Below, in pieces: positions 10,398-19,792 of a stretch of 64,000 nucleotides of DNA. The notes under the pieces were generated by a model. The model did no database searches and had not been told where the DNA came from. It saw only the letters and a program-made list of their open reading frames with translations. The stretch's first letter is position 1. Each line of letters starts with the position of its first letter. The translations under genes and the position numbers were made by a program. The DNA lies in IMG/VR virus record IMGVR_UViG_3300037483_000594, positions 64,001 to 128,000 of that record, one strand, 5' to 3'. Source of the DNA: a virus.

Positions 10398-10776
10398 CGG
10401 TCTTCCGTAGCGCGTTTATGTTGGGGGCGTTCACTCGCGCGCAGTGCAGCGCCATGAGGTCGGGGTGCAGGTAACAGTTGGCTGGGCAAGACGGGGGGAT
10501 CTGCGACCTACGCGTGTAGCCCTCCAGCACCTTGTTCATCAGGTCGCGTGTGTCGTCTACTTTGTTTTTAATTTCTACGTGCTCTCCTTTGCAGGTGGCC
10601 TTGATCATGCCACGGAGCAGCGAAAGAGGGACACCACGGTGCGCCCGTACTCCGGCGCGGTTCAGCAGGCCAATGATCTCCGTGGCGTTCATCATGTCTA
10701 GCTCGGTGGCCGTGAGCACAACCGGCTCACGCTCGTCTAAAGGCACCTGTTTCCATGTTCTGTGCATCTTCACCAC
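10378..10776 (-). CDS. hypothetical protein with CxxxC...H...HC metal-binding-like motif
   Basis: Overlap-coupled to neighbours. Confidence 0.6.
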   Translation of the reverse strand: MVKMHRTWKQVPLDEREPVVLTATELDMMNATEIIGLLNRAGVRAHRGVPLSLLRGMIKATCKGEHVEIKNKVDDTRDLMNKVLEGYTRRSQIPPSCPANCYLHPDLMALHCARVNAPNINALRKTDGQSDH

Positions 10777-11182
10777 TGTACAGCCAGCACTCGACGAAAT
10801 CGTCGCCCTGGCGCTTGGATGTTATCGTGGTCAGAAGTGTGCTGTCGTCGACGCCAACCGCACTTGTTAAAATGTCGGCGAGCAGCTTACCGCGATTATG
10901 GACATCTTGCTTTTTAAATCGTGGGTCTCCCTTCTTGGTTTCTACGACCTGGAAGTGGAAGTTCATGCGTAGTGAAGTAGGGGTGTTTGGGTCGAAGGTT
11001 TCGGCGAGGATTAATACGTGGGCTAGGGAGCCGAGCAGGCTGTTTTTGTACCTGGTTCCCTCGGCGGATAGCACGCGTCGGCGCCCTACGGTCACGTAGA
11101 GTTTGTTGTCCGAGGGCGGGAGAGGGGCGCGGACAAAGAGTGTTTTCCCATGGCCCTCTTTGGTGACCGCGGCGTGGGTCAT
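10727..11182 (-). CDS. rusA: RusA-like Holliday junction resolvase
   Basis: PPSDN, D-x-x-N-x-x-K-x-x-x-D and DDS motifs. Confidence 0.75.
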   Translation of the reverse strand: MTHAAVTKEGHGKTLFVRAPLPPSDNKLYVTVGRRRVLSAEGTRYKNSLLGSLAHVLILAETFDPNTPTSLRMNFHFQVVETKKGDPRFKKQDVHNRGKLLADILTSAVGVDDSTLLTTITSKRQGDDFVECWLYSGEDAQNMETGAFRRA

Positions 11183-11781
11183 CGCTTGGGGCTCCGTCTT
11201 ACCAGTGCGGCCTTTGTGGCCTGCATCGCTCTGTCTGCGCGTCGGACTGGGGTCAGCATGGGGCGGTGCGCGTTTTCAGAGCGCTTCAGGGGGTCGAGCT
11301 CCATCTTGTCCAACTCGATGACACGCGAGGCGCCTTTGTAGACATGGTCGAGCGCGCTGATGTGTGCGGAGACCTTCGCCAGTCGTTTTTTGTATTTGCG
11401 CACGGTGTCGCTGGCTTCCACCATCTCCGAAGTGCTGTTTATCCAGGCCGTTGTCTGTTTTGGGTAGCTTGCCTGGAGCGACGTGCGGATAGCGGTCGTG
11501 CGCTCTTGTGCGTCTTCGAGTTCCGCGGCCAAGGAGCCCTTCACTGTCTTCAGGTAGGCAACGATCACAGACACCTGCAGCAACGTCTCCCGGAGCTTGT
11601 CCCCGGTGAGGGTGTTGATATCCGGAAACGAAAAGCCTGTGATCACGCTTCCGGAAGGCGGCGCGGGGAGGTTCTCCGCTTCCCAGCGCACCTCCTCTAG
11701 CTCTTGACTGGCAAAGCGCTCGATGATCGTCTCCGTGACGAGGATGTGGGCGGCCTTGGGGGTAGAGCTGTTGTCTTCCAT
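11179..11781 (-). CDS. coiled-coil protein, possibly a recombination mediator
   Basis: 200 aa, helical, in the recombination cluster. Confidence 0.6.
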   Translation of the reverse strand: MEDNSSTPKAAHILVTETIIERFASQELEEVRWEAENLPAPPSGSVITGFSFPDINTLTGDKLRETLLQVSVIVAYLKTVKGSLAAELEDAQERTTAIRTSLQASYPKQTTAWINSTSEMVEASDTVRKYKKRLAKVSAHISALDHVYKGASRVIELDKMELDPLKRSENAHRPMLTPVRRADRAMQATKAALVRRSPKR

Positions 11782-12575
11782 TGGTTCTCCGGCTTACAGA
11801 TTGAAAAGTAGGGGCACCAGCCGCAGCCTTTGTTGATTCGTTTTTCGACGGCGGTAAGGTCGCCTGTCCTGGCCTGGGCGAGCACGGAGAGGAGCCGCTG
11901 TTCGATAGGAGCCTACAGGAGTGCGTCGAACGAAAACACAAACGACTTGAACGTAGTCGCGTCTTTGTTGATGTACAGCAGCACGCCGACAGGGGCGTCG
12001 ACCACTTTCATGTAGGCGTGAAGCTGGCGCAGGTTGTCTTTCATTGGGCGGCGCAGCTTTTCAAAACTTGCCGCTTTGGTGGACTTGTAGTCTACGACGT
12101 ACCGGGTCTCCAGGTCTCCGAAACGACGGGTGACAAGCTCGTCGATGTGCCCGTCCATACGGAGCCTCCGGGCCTCAGGCAGGTCCTTTATCCGGAACTC
12201 GGGGGAGGCACTGTACCCGTGGTGCCTGGCGTGCGTGGCTGTGTAGAAGTGGAGTAGCAGGTGGAGCGCGGTGCCGTGGTCGAGGATGCGGAGGATAGAT
12301 GCCCCTTTTCGTTCCTCTCGTTTTTCGTTGTGGAGCATGAAGAAGTGGTAGGCGTTGCACGTGTTGTAGAGGGCGCTGGGGTGGAAGTACCCCCCGGTGG
12401 GGGGCTGGTTCCACGTGTGCTCTACACGCTCCTGGAGCCCGAGTTCGTGGACGGTTTTCGCCCACGTCTCCAGCTCTGCCGCCGGGTCCCAACGTGCGGA
12501 CAAGATGCCCGCAGCGTTGGGTAGCGAGACAAGATCAGCTATTTTCAGGAGTCGCACTGTCGAACGCTTCCTCAA
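11697..12575 (-). pseudogene. Cas4-like PD-(D/E)XK exonuclease interrupted by an in-frame TAG at 11913-11915
   Basis: PSAL..C, GHID, VDYKS and QLHAY motifs; the same frame resumes after TAG and supplies CGWCPYFSIC. Confidence 0.75.
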
Positions 12576-13245
12576 GCAGCGGCAGGTCGTCGGTGGTGTA
12601 CACGTACACCGAGCGCTCCAACCCGTTCACGAACTGCAGACCTCGCCCCGGCGGCTTTCCGTGTTTGTTGGTGTACGCGGTGGCCACCGCTTTGCCAAAG
12701 GCAGGCCCTCGCTTCCGCACCTCCTCCGAGGAGAGGCCCTTCTGGTGCAAGAAGTCAGAGACGTAGACAAGAGCGGCCTTAACGCCGTGGAGGCGGTCAG
12801 CGACCACGTGGTCCTTGTAGTCGGGGCCGACCAACCCAAGGTTCTCTGCCTCCTTGAGCACGCGTAGGTACCAGACAGCGCTGATCGCCTCCTTCTGCAC
12901 ACGTTCTGCGTGCGCGCGCATGGGGTCCGGAGGCGGGCTGGCCTTCACCGGTTCGGGTAGGGGTTGCACCTTTCCGGCGTCGATGAGCATCCGTGGCAGC
13001 AGCCTTACTACAGAAGCTTGGAGTGAGGAACTCCCCATCGTAAACGTGACGCCGAGGAGCCCGCACAAGCTCAGGAGCCGCACCCCTTCCGACTCTGCCA
13101 TCTTTCCGAAGAAGTGGGGTGGCAAGTGGGCTGCATCCTGCCACCTGTCTCCAAGCAATGTCTTCAGGTCTTCGACAGCGAAGTAGCACTCTCCCCTGAG
13201 CACGGTTGTGCGCAGCCGTTTGTTTCCTATCCGATATGCTTTCAT
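12535..13245 (-). CDS. Bro-N-like antirepressor / DNA-binding protein
   Basis: N-terminal LRTTVLRGECYFAVEDL (Bro-N-like); C-terminal FGKAV..AY...HGK.P...VNG..RSV..Y. Confidence 0.6.
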   Translation of the reverse strand: MKAYRIGNKRLRTTVLRGECYFAVEDLKTLLGDRWQDAAHLPPHFFGKMAESEGVRLLSLCGLLGVTFTMGSSSLQASVVRLLPRMLIDAGKVQPLPEPVKASPPPDPMRAHAERVQKEAISAVWYLRVLKEAENLGLVGPDYKDHVVADRLHGVKAALVYVSDFLHQKGLSSEEVRKRGPAFGKAVATAYTNKHGKPPGRGLQFVNGLERSVYVYTTDDLPLLEEAFDSATPENS

Positions 13246-13775
13246 TACTTTTTCCCTTCGATGAGTTCGAGGAAGTCGGACCAGAGCAGCACCACCACAT
13301 TGCTAAGTCCGGAGATGCCGACTCTTATAGCGGGTTTTCGCATGGTTTGTGCAGCCTGGGCCACGACCTTCTCGACAAGTGACTTGCGCACGGAGTAGCT
13401 CGCGGCGTCTGTGAACTTGTCTTCGATCAGCCAGGTGTCGTTTCGGGCGTCTCCCTTGACGATCCCAGCCCCGGACTGACTCACGCGTTGCCCTCCGATC
13501 TCGGTGGCCGCCTTTTTCTCCCTGGCGGTGGCTCGTTTCACCCTGTCTTTTTGTGGGAAGACAACGTGCAGTGGTTGTGTCACCGACACCGAGACCCCGG
13601 TGTTACCCTTGAGCTTCAGGCAGAACAGGCAAAAGTGCTGGGCGATGGAGCCGGGGTGGTTGTCCAGGGCGAGCTGTACACGCAGAACGCGGTCTATCTC
13701 TCCGCACAGGGGGCACCTGGTGAGCGGCATACTGACGACGGTGGCGGTTGCGGAGACTACAGGTAGTGCAGACAC
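13245..13775 (-). CDS. Hjc-like PD-(D/E)XK resolvase with N-terminal Zn ribbon
   Basis: E...A...GG.R...SGAG..KGD......IEDK; two CxxC pairs. Confidence 0.7.
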   Translation of the reverse strand: MSALPVVSATATVVSMPLTRCPLCGEIDRVLRVQLALDNHPGSIAQHFCLFCLKLKGNTGVSVSVTQPLHVVFPQKDRVKRATAREKKAATEIGGQRVSQSGAGIVKGDARNDTWLIEDKFTDAASYSVRKSLVEKVVAQAAQTMRKPAIRVGISGLSNVVVLLWSDFLELIEGKK

Positions 13776-15019
13776 GACACGCCTCGCTCGTGCAGAGCTG
13801 CCCGGTACGCGGTCCAGAAGAGGTCTTTGTCTTCACGAAGCACGGCGATCAGGTCGCAGTACTTTTCCCCGTAAGGCAGCCCCGCAGCAATGACCTCTCC
13901 GGAAGAGGTGGCTATGTCGATCTTCGCCCCAGATTTGACGAGCATCCCTTGCGAGTACAGGACTGTCGCTAGGTCTGTGGCATGGTCGAACCCGCTGTCG
14001 AAGAAGTAGGACAGCTCTCCACGCCCTCCTTCGTGGCACCCCGCCTTGCCCTTGGCGACCTCGAACCTGATCTTTTTTCCTATGATGGCTGTTTTTCCGC
14101 GTTTTATGGCCTCGCCCCCGACGAGCTGCAGCTCTATGAGCTTTCCGTGCCGGATGGCGTGGGCTCCCTTCGCTTCCCACTTGCGGGCGTAGGTGCCACC
14201 TGCGTCCTGCTTGCTGCGCACCTGTCCGATAGCAAGGATGGTTGTCAGGTTCAGCGGGCCGCACCCCTCAACAGGGGCAGCGAGTGCGTTCCACAGGCGT
14301 TGTTGAAACCGGGTTTGTAAGCGCGCAGAGGCCGCACGGCGCTCCTCTACACCCAAAGACTTGTCTGCTATGTCTGCGGGCACGATGGAGCCGAGGGAGT
14401 CCAGCACGATGAGCTGGCAAGCGTTGAGCGCGGTGAGGTCGACCACAGCGTCCAGCTTGCTCTCTGCGAGGTAGCTTTTCTTCTCGTCCTTTGTCCCGTG
14501 CTCGGTCGGGTCACCCTCGATGACCACGAACTCTCCGATCTGGCGTTGGTGGTCCAGAATCATTTCTTCGGTCATGGTGAGCCCGGAGCGGGAGAGCCGT
14601 TCACTCTCAAGGGCTATCTCGAGGTCGGAGCTGGGGCACACCGCGCCGTTGATACGTCCATGGGTCTTGTCGACTGGGAACTCGAACCACGCCCACCCTA
14701 TACTGGCCTCGTCTCCGTAGTTGTGCTGACAGGTGCGGATGCACGTCCACACCAGCGCGTTTTTCCCCTGCCCCTCTGGGCCGGAGATGATAACCAGCCC
14801 TCCGGCAGGGGGGCCTCCCCCCGTCTCTACGTCGACGGAGGCAAGGCCGAAGGGGCGGCGCAAGGCAAACGGGTTACTCGCTTTGTCAGCGAGCACGATC
14901 ACATCCCGCTTGGCTCCGTCTGCTCTTGCAGCCGCGTTTATGCCAGCGACAAGGTCAGCCAGCTTCGTTTTGCGCTTGAGGGTGGCGAGTGCGTCGTCCT
15001 GCACTACTTTTTTTCGCAC
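13757..15019 (-). CDS. recA: RecA/UvsX-family recombinase
   Basis: GPEGQGKN P-loop, LIVLDSLG, IGQVR, GAHAIRH, GKKIRFEVAKGK. Confidence 0.85.
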   Translation of the reverse strand: MRKKVVQDDALATLKRKTKLADLVAGINAAARADGAKRDVIVLADKASNPFALRRPFGLASVDVETGGGPPAGGLVIISGPEGQGKNALVWTCIRTCQHNYGDEASIGWAWFEFPVDKTHGRINGAVCPSSDLEIALESERLSRSGLTMTEEMILDHQRQIGEFVVIEGDPTEHGTKDEKKSYLAESKLDAVVDLTALNACQLIVLDSLGSIVPADIADKSLGVEERRAASARLQTRFQQRLWNALAAPVEGCGPLNLTTILAIGQVRSKQDAGGTYARKWEAKGAHAIRHGKLIELQLVGGEAIKRGKTAIIGKKIRFEVAKGKAGCHEGGRGELSYFFDSGFDHATDLATVLYSQGMLVKSGAKIDIATSSGEVIAAGLPYGEKYCDLIAVLREDKDLFWTAYRAALHERGVSCLHYL

Positions 15020-15447
15020 GGTTCATCCACATCCATCTTCTCGAAGGGGAGAGACCCGTGATCCGGGCACACCGGGGGGCTCCCGGGGCTGGGTTTGCCG
15101 CAGATAGGGCAGACCGCTCCCTCCGAGGCGAGCTTTTGCCCGGCGGGCTGCTCTTGTTGTTCGTAGCCGTACTTGTCCATTGTTTCTCCTTGAGCTGTGC
15201 AAGTATACCAGTTTTTTAACAGGTCGCGGTTGAAAGCTGTCTTGTTGTACGTTGCTCGGAAGAGCGCTTCTCCAGCGTGTAGCATGATGTTGTGGGTTTC
15301 GAGGAACCGTTGAATTTCGCGGGCTTCTTCGGCGTTGACGTGGACCGTGCCCAGTTCCTTGTCGCCGACTGAGAGTGTGAGCATGCTACCACCTTCTGAG
15401 GGTGTCAGCTTCATTGCAAACCGTGTCATCCCTTGGCCTCTCGCCAT
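15004..15447 (-). CDS. hypothetical protein with C-terminal Zn ribbon (may be translated separately from ATG 15180)
   Basis: CPICG...CPDHG; internal AAGGAG RBS before MDKYGY. Confidence 0.55.
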   Translation of the reverse strand: MARGQGMTRFAMKLTPSEGGSMLTLSVGDKELGTVHVNAEEAREIQRFLETHNIMLHAGEALFRATYNKTAFNRDLLKNWYTCTAQGETMDKYGYEQQEQPAGQKLASEGAVCPICGKPSPGSPPVCPDHGSLPFEKMDVDEPCEKK

Positions 15448-18400
15448 GTTTTGCCCCAGTGTGCCGGGGCGCGGAGTGGGACACTAAGGCGTAGCCCACA
15501 GTTTTCCATGTGCCACTGCACCCGGCCTGCGGCCTCTTCTTCCACGCCGCGCGGACAGCTCCCCAGGATCTCGTCGTGGATTTGCAGGAGCTGCTTGTAG
15601 CGCAGGGCGCGCAGGTGCTCGTCCCGCTGTATACCCAGCATGGCCAACATGCAGACATCTGCCGCAGTGTTTTTGCTGATGACGCCTTCGGAATCGAAGC
15701 GATGGCTTTCGTCGGAGACTGAGAGGGTGTAGGTCTCCGCGACCACTCCGAGTGCTACTGTCGCAACTACTTCTGCTGTGGCGTAGAGTTCGAGCTCCAC
15801 TTCGTATTTCTTGGCAAGTTTGTTTAGTGTGTAGACGCTGACATTGCCTCCGCGGCGCATTCGGCTAAGAAGCGTTTGGTCGCTGCCTCTCTCTAGCACT
15901 CGGCCGTCGACATCTGCGATGAACTTTTTTACTGCAAATGCCGGGGCGCGGTCCCTTACTATTTCACGATTGGAGTGTCCGTAGCTCAGTGCGGCTAGGT
16001 GAGCTCGGTTGAAATCCAGTCGCCAAGAGGTATGCTCGTGACGGTGGTAGGGTCCGTGCAATCTGGATTCGACTCCGACCGTGCGGCTGAGGATCTGAAC
16101 CTCTTCAAGTAGCGTTTTGTTGCACATGTGTAGATTGGGACGCGCGCAGGTTACACAGCCGTCTGCGTCAAGCAACCCCAGCAGGAATTGGGTGCGTCCG
16201 TTCAATGATGCCGACCAGACTGCAGTTGGAATGGACTTTTCGTGAGAGCTGGCCCCCCACGGGTAGCCCAGGTTCTTGAGGTGGTCTTTGAACTGCACCG
16301 ATTGTGTTGTTATGGCGATTTTATGTTTGTAAACACGCGGTTTTTGATGGGTCAGACCAAGTTGGCACAGGAAATCTATGTACTTTTGAGCTTGCTCCTC
16401 TTTTTTGTGTCGATGTTTCCTGTCTCCGAACGTTACGGAAACAGCGTTTTGTTGAGTTGCGCCGTGACGAGTGCAGCCATTTCCAAGAAGGAAGCCAAGC
16501 CAGTACGCGTCGGTGGGGGCTACGGTGCTGGTGTCGGGGAGATCGATGCCTTGTGCGAGGCTTAGACAAACACGAGTTCCGGGGCGCAATGTTGACCAGT
16601 GTTGAAAGACGTAACCGGTATCCGTTGCTACCAGCACCTCATGCCTGGTGTCGCAGTGGAGCACCTGTCCGGTGCTCAGTGAGATTGTTGCGAGTTCATG
16701 GGGGCCCCGGCTTAGCCGTCGGTACTCTGCCCAGCGATGCCCGGTCCAGGCCAGCCCACGTTCTGGGATCGTGCCTATAGGAAGCAACCCCTTACTGGTG
16801 AACACCCTGGTGCACGCTGGCAAGCAGCCTTGGATTTTTGTGTTCACAGCGCGGCGTTCCTCTTTCCGGCTTGCTGTGCAGCGGTCACACCAGCACAGCT
16901 CTCGTCCGCGCTTTGCTGCGGCGGCCGCGTGGTCAAGCATGGTCTCGTAGTCAAGGATGTCCGGGAGCATCCTCTGTCGGCCGAGCCGCGTTTCGACGAA
17001 ACGCTGTTCGTAGGCCTGGCGGATGGTGGTCTGGATGAACCTGTGTGCCCCGGGGAGCCCGGCGAAGAACAGGTCGATCTTCTCCTGTGCTTTTTGTCTA
17101 GCCCAGCGCTCGCACCGAGCTGCGTCCCACTCAGGATGCTGGGTGGCAGCCTCGATGTGATATTTCAGTTGGATACCCAACGAGCGGGCGGCCTTTCCGT
17201 AGACGATGCCGAAGCATACGGCCTTGATGTCTCCGCGGCGTTCCGTAAGGAGCTTCTCCCTGGCGTCCAACGGCTTTTTCTCCTCCTTTTTCTTTTTGGC
17301 AACGATGGACTCCTCGTAGGGGTCCCCGTAGATGGTCTCAACGTTGGCGCAGTGGATGTCTTTGTTCAGGATGATCGCGGAGAGGAGGTTCTTGTCCTGG
17401 GAGTAGTCCCCCAGGATGTACATCTCGAGTTGCTCGTAGTCGTCTACGATCAACGACTCGTCATCGTCGGCTATGAAAACTGAGCGCACGTCTACGAACT
17501 CGCTGGCTTCTTTTTGTGCGTTTTGGAGGTTCGGGTCCGACGAGCTCAGCCGTGAGGTCTCTACCTTGTGCTGGTTCAGATTTGTGTGGATTTTGCCCCG
17601 GTGCACGCGCTCAAGCATGCCGTCGACATAGGTGCCGAGCACCTTTTGTAGCTTTGCGTAGTCCGCGATCAAGGTGGCTGTCTCGCAGCCTTGCGCGGCG
17701 AGGGCTTTGTAGGCCTCCTTGTTCATCTTGAACTGACCAGTGGCTGTTTTGCCGATGTTGTCGTAGCCCGCCTCCGTGAAGAAGTAGGTGGCTAGCTGCT
17801 TGGGAGAGGAGAGGTTGATGGGGCGGCCCACTTGCTTTATCACCTCTTTTTCGACCGCCCTCTGCTTTTCCTCGATGAGCGGTCGCCTCGACTGCAGGTA
17901 CTGGACATCGGCGCGCACTCCCTCACGCTCCATCTCGTAGAGCGTTCGGGTCATGGGGACCTCGAAGTTGATGAAGACGTGCCACAGGCTGTAGCCGTGG
18001 CTGGTGTACCGTGCGCGCAGGTCGTGGCGTAGCCTGTAGAACACGCGGAGAGCCCCCCAGGCGTCCATAGAAGCGTAGTTGATGACAGCGCCGGGGTCCT
18101 CAACGAACTTGTCCTTGAGGATCTCGTACAGCGCCTTCTTGGGGGGCCTGCGCGCCTTGCCGTCAGGTCCGACGGGAAAGAACGTGTGTGCAAAGCTCTT
18201 CATGTACTCTCCGAAGAGCCGGGAGTACACGTCCTTCAACCCATGGAGCTGTCGAGGGTCCAGCAGGCGGTCCATGGTCAGTGTGCACAGCAGGTCTCCG
18301 GAGAGTGGGTGCCCGCTGTTGGCTAGGATGTGAGCGTCGTACTTGACCTGGGAGCCTATCCACGCCCTGTACTTGTCGGTGAACACCTCAGCAAAGTAAG

Positions 18401-18611
18401 GGAGCATGTTGGCTTCCAGGAAAAAGCGTTCGTGTTTGGAGTACGCCATAGACCAGAAGACAACCGTGTCCGTGGCGATGTTCAACCCGGTTGTCTCTGT
18501 GTCTATGGAGATTAAGGGCGCGCGCTTCAACTTTATGCAGAGCTCCCCGGCCTGTTCTTCTGTCTTGATGTGAACAGGCTCGGGGATGCTCAGGTTGATG
18601 ATGGTTTTCAT
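15426..18611 (-). CDS. polA: family A DNA polymerase with 3'-5' exonuclease and one intein
   Basis: DTETTG (ExoI), RLSSSDPNLQN, DYEQLE (motif A), K...FGIVYG (motif B), QIHDE (motif C). Confidence 0.95.
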   Translation of the reverse strand: MKTIINLSIPEPVHIKTEEQAGELCIKLKRAPLISIDTETTGLNIATDTVVFWSMAYSKHERFFLEANMLPYFAEVFTDKYRAWIGSQVKYDAHILANSGHPLSGDLLCTLTMDRLLDPRQLHGLKDVYSRLFGEYMKSFAHTFFPVGPDGKARRPPKKALYEILKDKFVEDPGAVINYASMDAWGALRVFYRLRHDLRARYTSHGYSLWHVFINFEVPMTRTLYEMEREGVRADVQYLQSRRPLIEEKQRAVEKEVIKQVGRPINLSSPKQLATYFFTEAGYDNIGKTATGQFKMNKEAYKALAAQGCETATLIADYAKLQKVLGTYVDGMLERVHRGKIHTNLNQHKVETSRLSSSDPNLQNAQKEASEFVDVRSVFIADDDESLIVDDYEQLEMYILGDYSQDKNLLSAIILNKDIHCANVETIYGDPYEESIVAKKKKEEKKPLDAREKLLTERRGDIKAVCFGIVYGKAARSLGIQLKYHIEAATQHPEWDAARCERWARQKAQEKIDLFFAGLPGAHRFIQTTIRQAYEQRFVETRLGRQRMLPDILDYETMLDHAAAAAKRGRELCWCDRCTASRKEERRAVNTKIQGCLPACTRVFTSKGLLPIGTIPERGLAWTGHRWAEYRRLSRGPHELATISLSTGQVLHCDTRHEVLVATDTGYVFQHWSTLRPGTRVCLSLAQGIDLPDTSTVAPTDAYWLGFLLGNGCTRHGATQQNAVSVTFGDRKHRHKKEEQAQKYIDFLCQLGLTHQKPRVYKHKIAITTQSVQFKDHLKNLGYPWGASSHEKSIPTAVWSASLNGRTQFLLGLLDADGCVTCARPNLHMCNKTLLEEVQILSRTVGVESRLHGPYHRHEHTSWRLDFNRAHLAALSYGHSNREIVRDRAPAFAVKKFIADVDGRVLERGSDQTLLSRMRRGGNVSVYTLNKLAKKYEVELELYATAEVVATVALGVVAETYTLSVSDESHRFDSEGVISKNTAADVCMLAMLGIQRDEHLRALRYKQLLQIHDEILGSCPRGVEEEAAGRVQWHMENCGLRLSVPLRAPAHWGKTWREAKG
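15669..16826 (-). mobile_element. intein with LAGLIDADG homing endonuclease in PolA (386 aa)
   Basis: KIQG|CLPA...ISKN|TAAD junctions; LGFLLGNG and LLGLLDADG motifs. Confidence 0.9.
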
Positions 18612-18648
18612 AGCTAAAATAGCACCCGCAGCCGTAGCTGCGGGTGAC
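18612..18648 (-). terminator. terminator/attenuator between SSB and PolA
   Basis: CACCCGCAGC-tacg-GCTGCGGGTG followed by CTATTTTAGC. Confidence 0.7.
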
Positions 18649-18652
18649 TGTA

Positions 18653-19792
18653 TCAGAACGGGATGTCTTCGTCGGACGACGCAGGGGCGGTGACGTTGGT
18701 GCGGGCGACAGCCTCCACGGTGGTCTCGAAGGGGTTAGGCACACCAAGCACGTGCGCTTGCACCTCCGGGCGTGGGGTGGCGCACTGGTAGTCGAGGGTC
18801 GGGACGTCGGCCAAGAGCTCTTGAAGCGGGGCCGCTACCTCTGGGTGTTCGTTGACGAACTGCTCAAGAGACGTGCAGCTCAGCAGGTTGAACGTCAACG
18901 TATCCTTTGATCCCAACTCCTCGAAGGACACGACGGCATCGTAGAGCGTGAGGGGTGTTGCCTCGTTGCACTTCGAGCACGTGAGTACCTCGTGGTACTG
19001 CACCTCTTTCCCGCAGGCTTCGCAGGAGTCTGTCTCGTACAGAAGGTGCTCCTTGTCGTCAGCGTGAAGGAGGTCCCAGTCCACGTCGAACTGGGTTTTG
19101 CACTCGGGGCAGACGAAGCCGGTGGTTGAGATAAACCCTCCGCAGGAGCAGTGACGGTACACCTGCTCCTCCAGGGCTTCCAGGGCGACGATCTGGTAGC
19201 GGTTGAGGTCCAGGTACTCCTGCTTTCCCCAGAAGCGGGGGACACCCGTCTTGCAGAGCTGGCACGTCTTGCCAGCGCAGGCTTTGTACTCGTAGATCGG
19301 GTACTTCCCCTGTCGTTTTCGACCGGTGTCGATCTTGTGGAAGAAGGCCGCGACGATGATTGAGTACATGCGGTTGATCGTCGCGCTATCGATCTCCTGG
19401 CGTTCCTCAGCTCCTGGGTCCTTCCCCCGTGGGGTTCGGTAGACGTTGAGGCAGGCGACACAAGGGTCATCGCCGACGACGAGGCCACGTTCCCCGTTAC
19501 TGTCGACGACTTCCTTGACCCCCGCGGCGCAGTTGACGAACGGTGGGGTGAGCTTCGGAACGTAGTGTCTTCCGTGAAGGCGGAAAGCGTCGGTGGTGCT
19601 GACCAGCATGTTATTGGCAGCGTCGAACACCTTGTTGATGTATTGGCCGTTGTAGAACACAAATGGGAGGCGCTGCTCCCCCGGCTTTGCCACCTTCCGG
19701 AAAGAAACGAAAGGTTTTGATGCCGCGCCACCACCGCTCACTCTTGACGTCGGGCGTGGTGCTCGCGGGCTGCGTTGGCGAGTCGTAGCCAT
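18653..19792 (-). CDS. single-stranded DNA-binding protein with Zn ribbons
   Basis: Acidic DEDIPF C-terminal tail; several CxxC; lies between primase and PolA. Confidence 0.65.
   Translation of the reverse strand: MATTRQRSPRAPRPTSRVSGGGAASKPFVSFRKVAKPGEQRLPFVFYNGQYINKVFDAANNMLVSTTDAFRLHGRHYVPKLTPPFVNCAAGVKEVVDSNGERGLVVGDDPCVACLNVYRTPRGKDPGAEERQEIDSATINRMYSIIVAAFFHKIDTGRKRQGKYPIYEYKACAGKTCQLCKTGVPRFWGKQEYLDLNRYQIVALEALEEQVYRHCSCGGFISTTGFVCPECKTQFDVDWDLLHADDKEHLLYETDSCEACGKEVQYHEVLTCSKCNEATPLTLYDAVVSFEELGSKDTLTFNLLSCTSLEQFVNEHPEVAAPLQELLADVPTLDYQCATPRPEVQAHVLGVPNPFETTVEAVARTNVTAPASSDEDIPF

Noticed and set aside
11913-11915. Genome-wide TAG recoding
   Set aside because: RNAP, portal, terminase, ligase and RT all end at TAG at plausible C-termini; no CUA tRNA in the window
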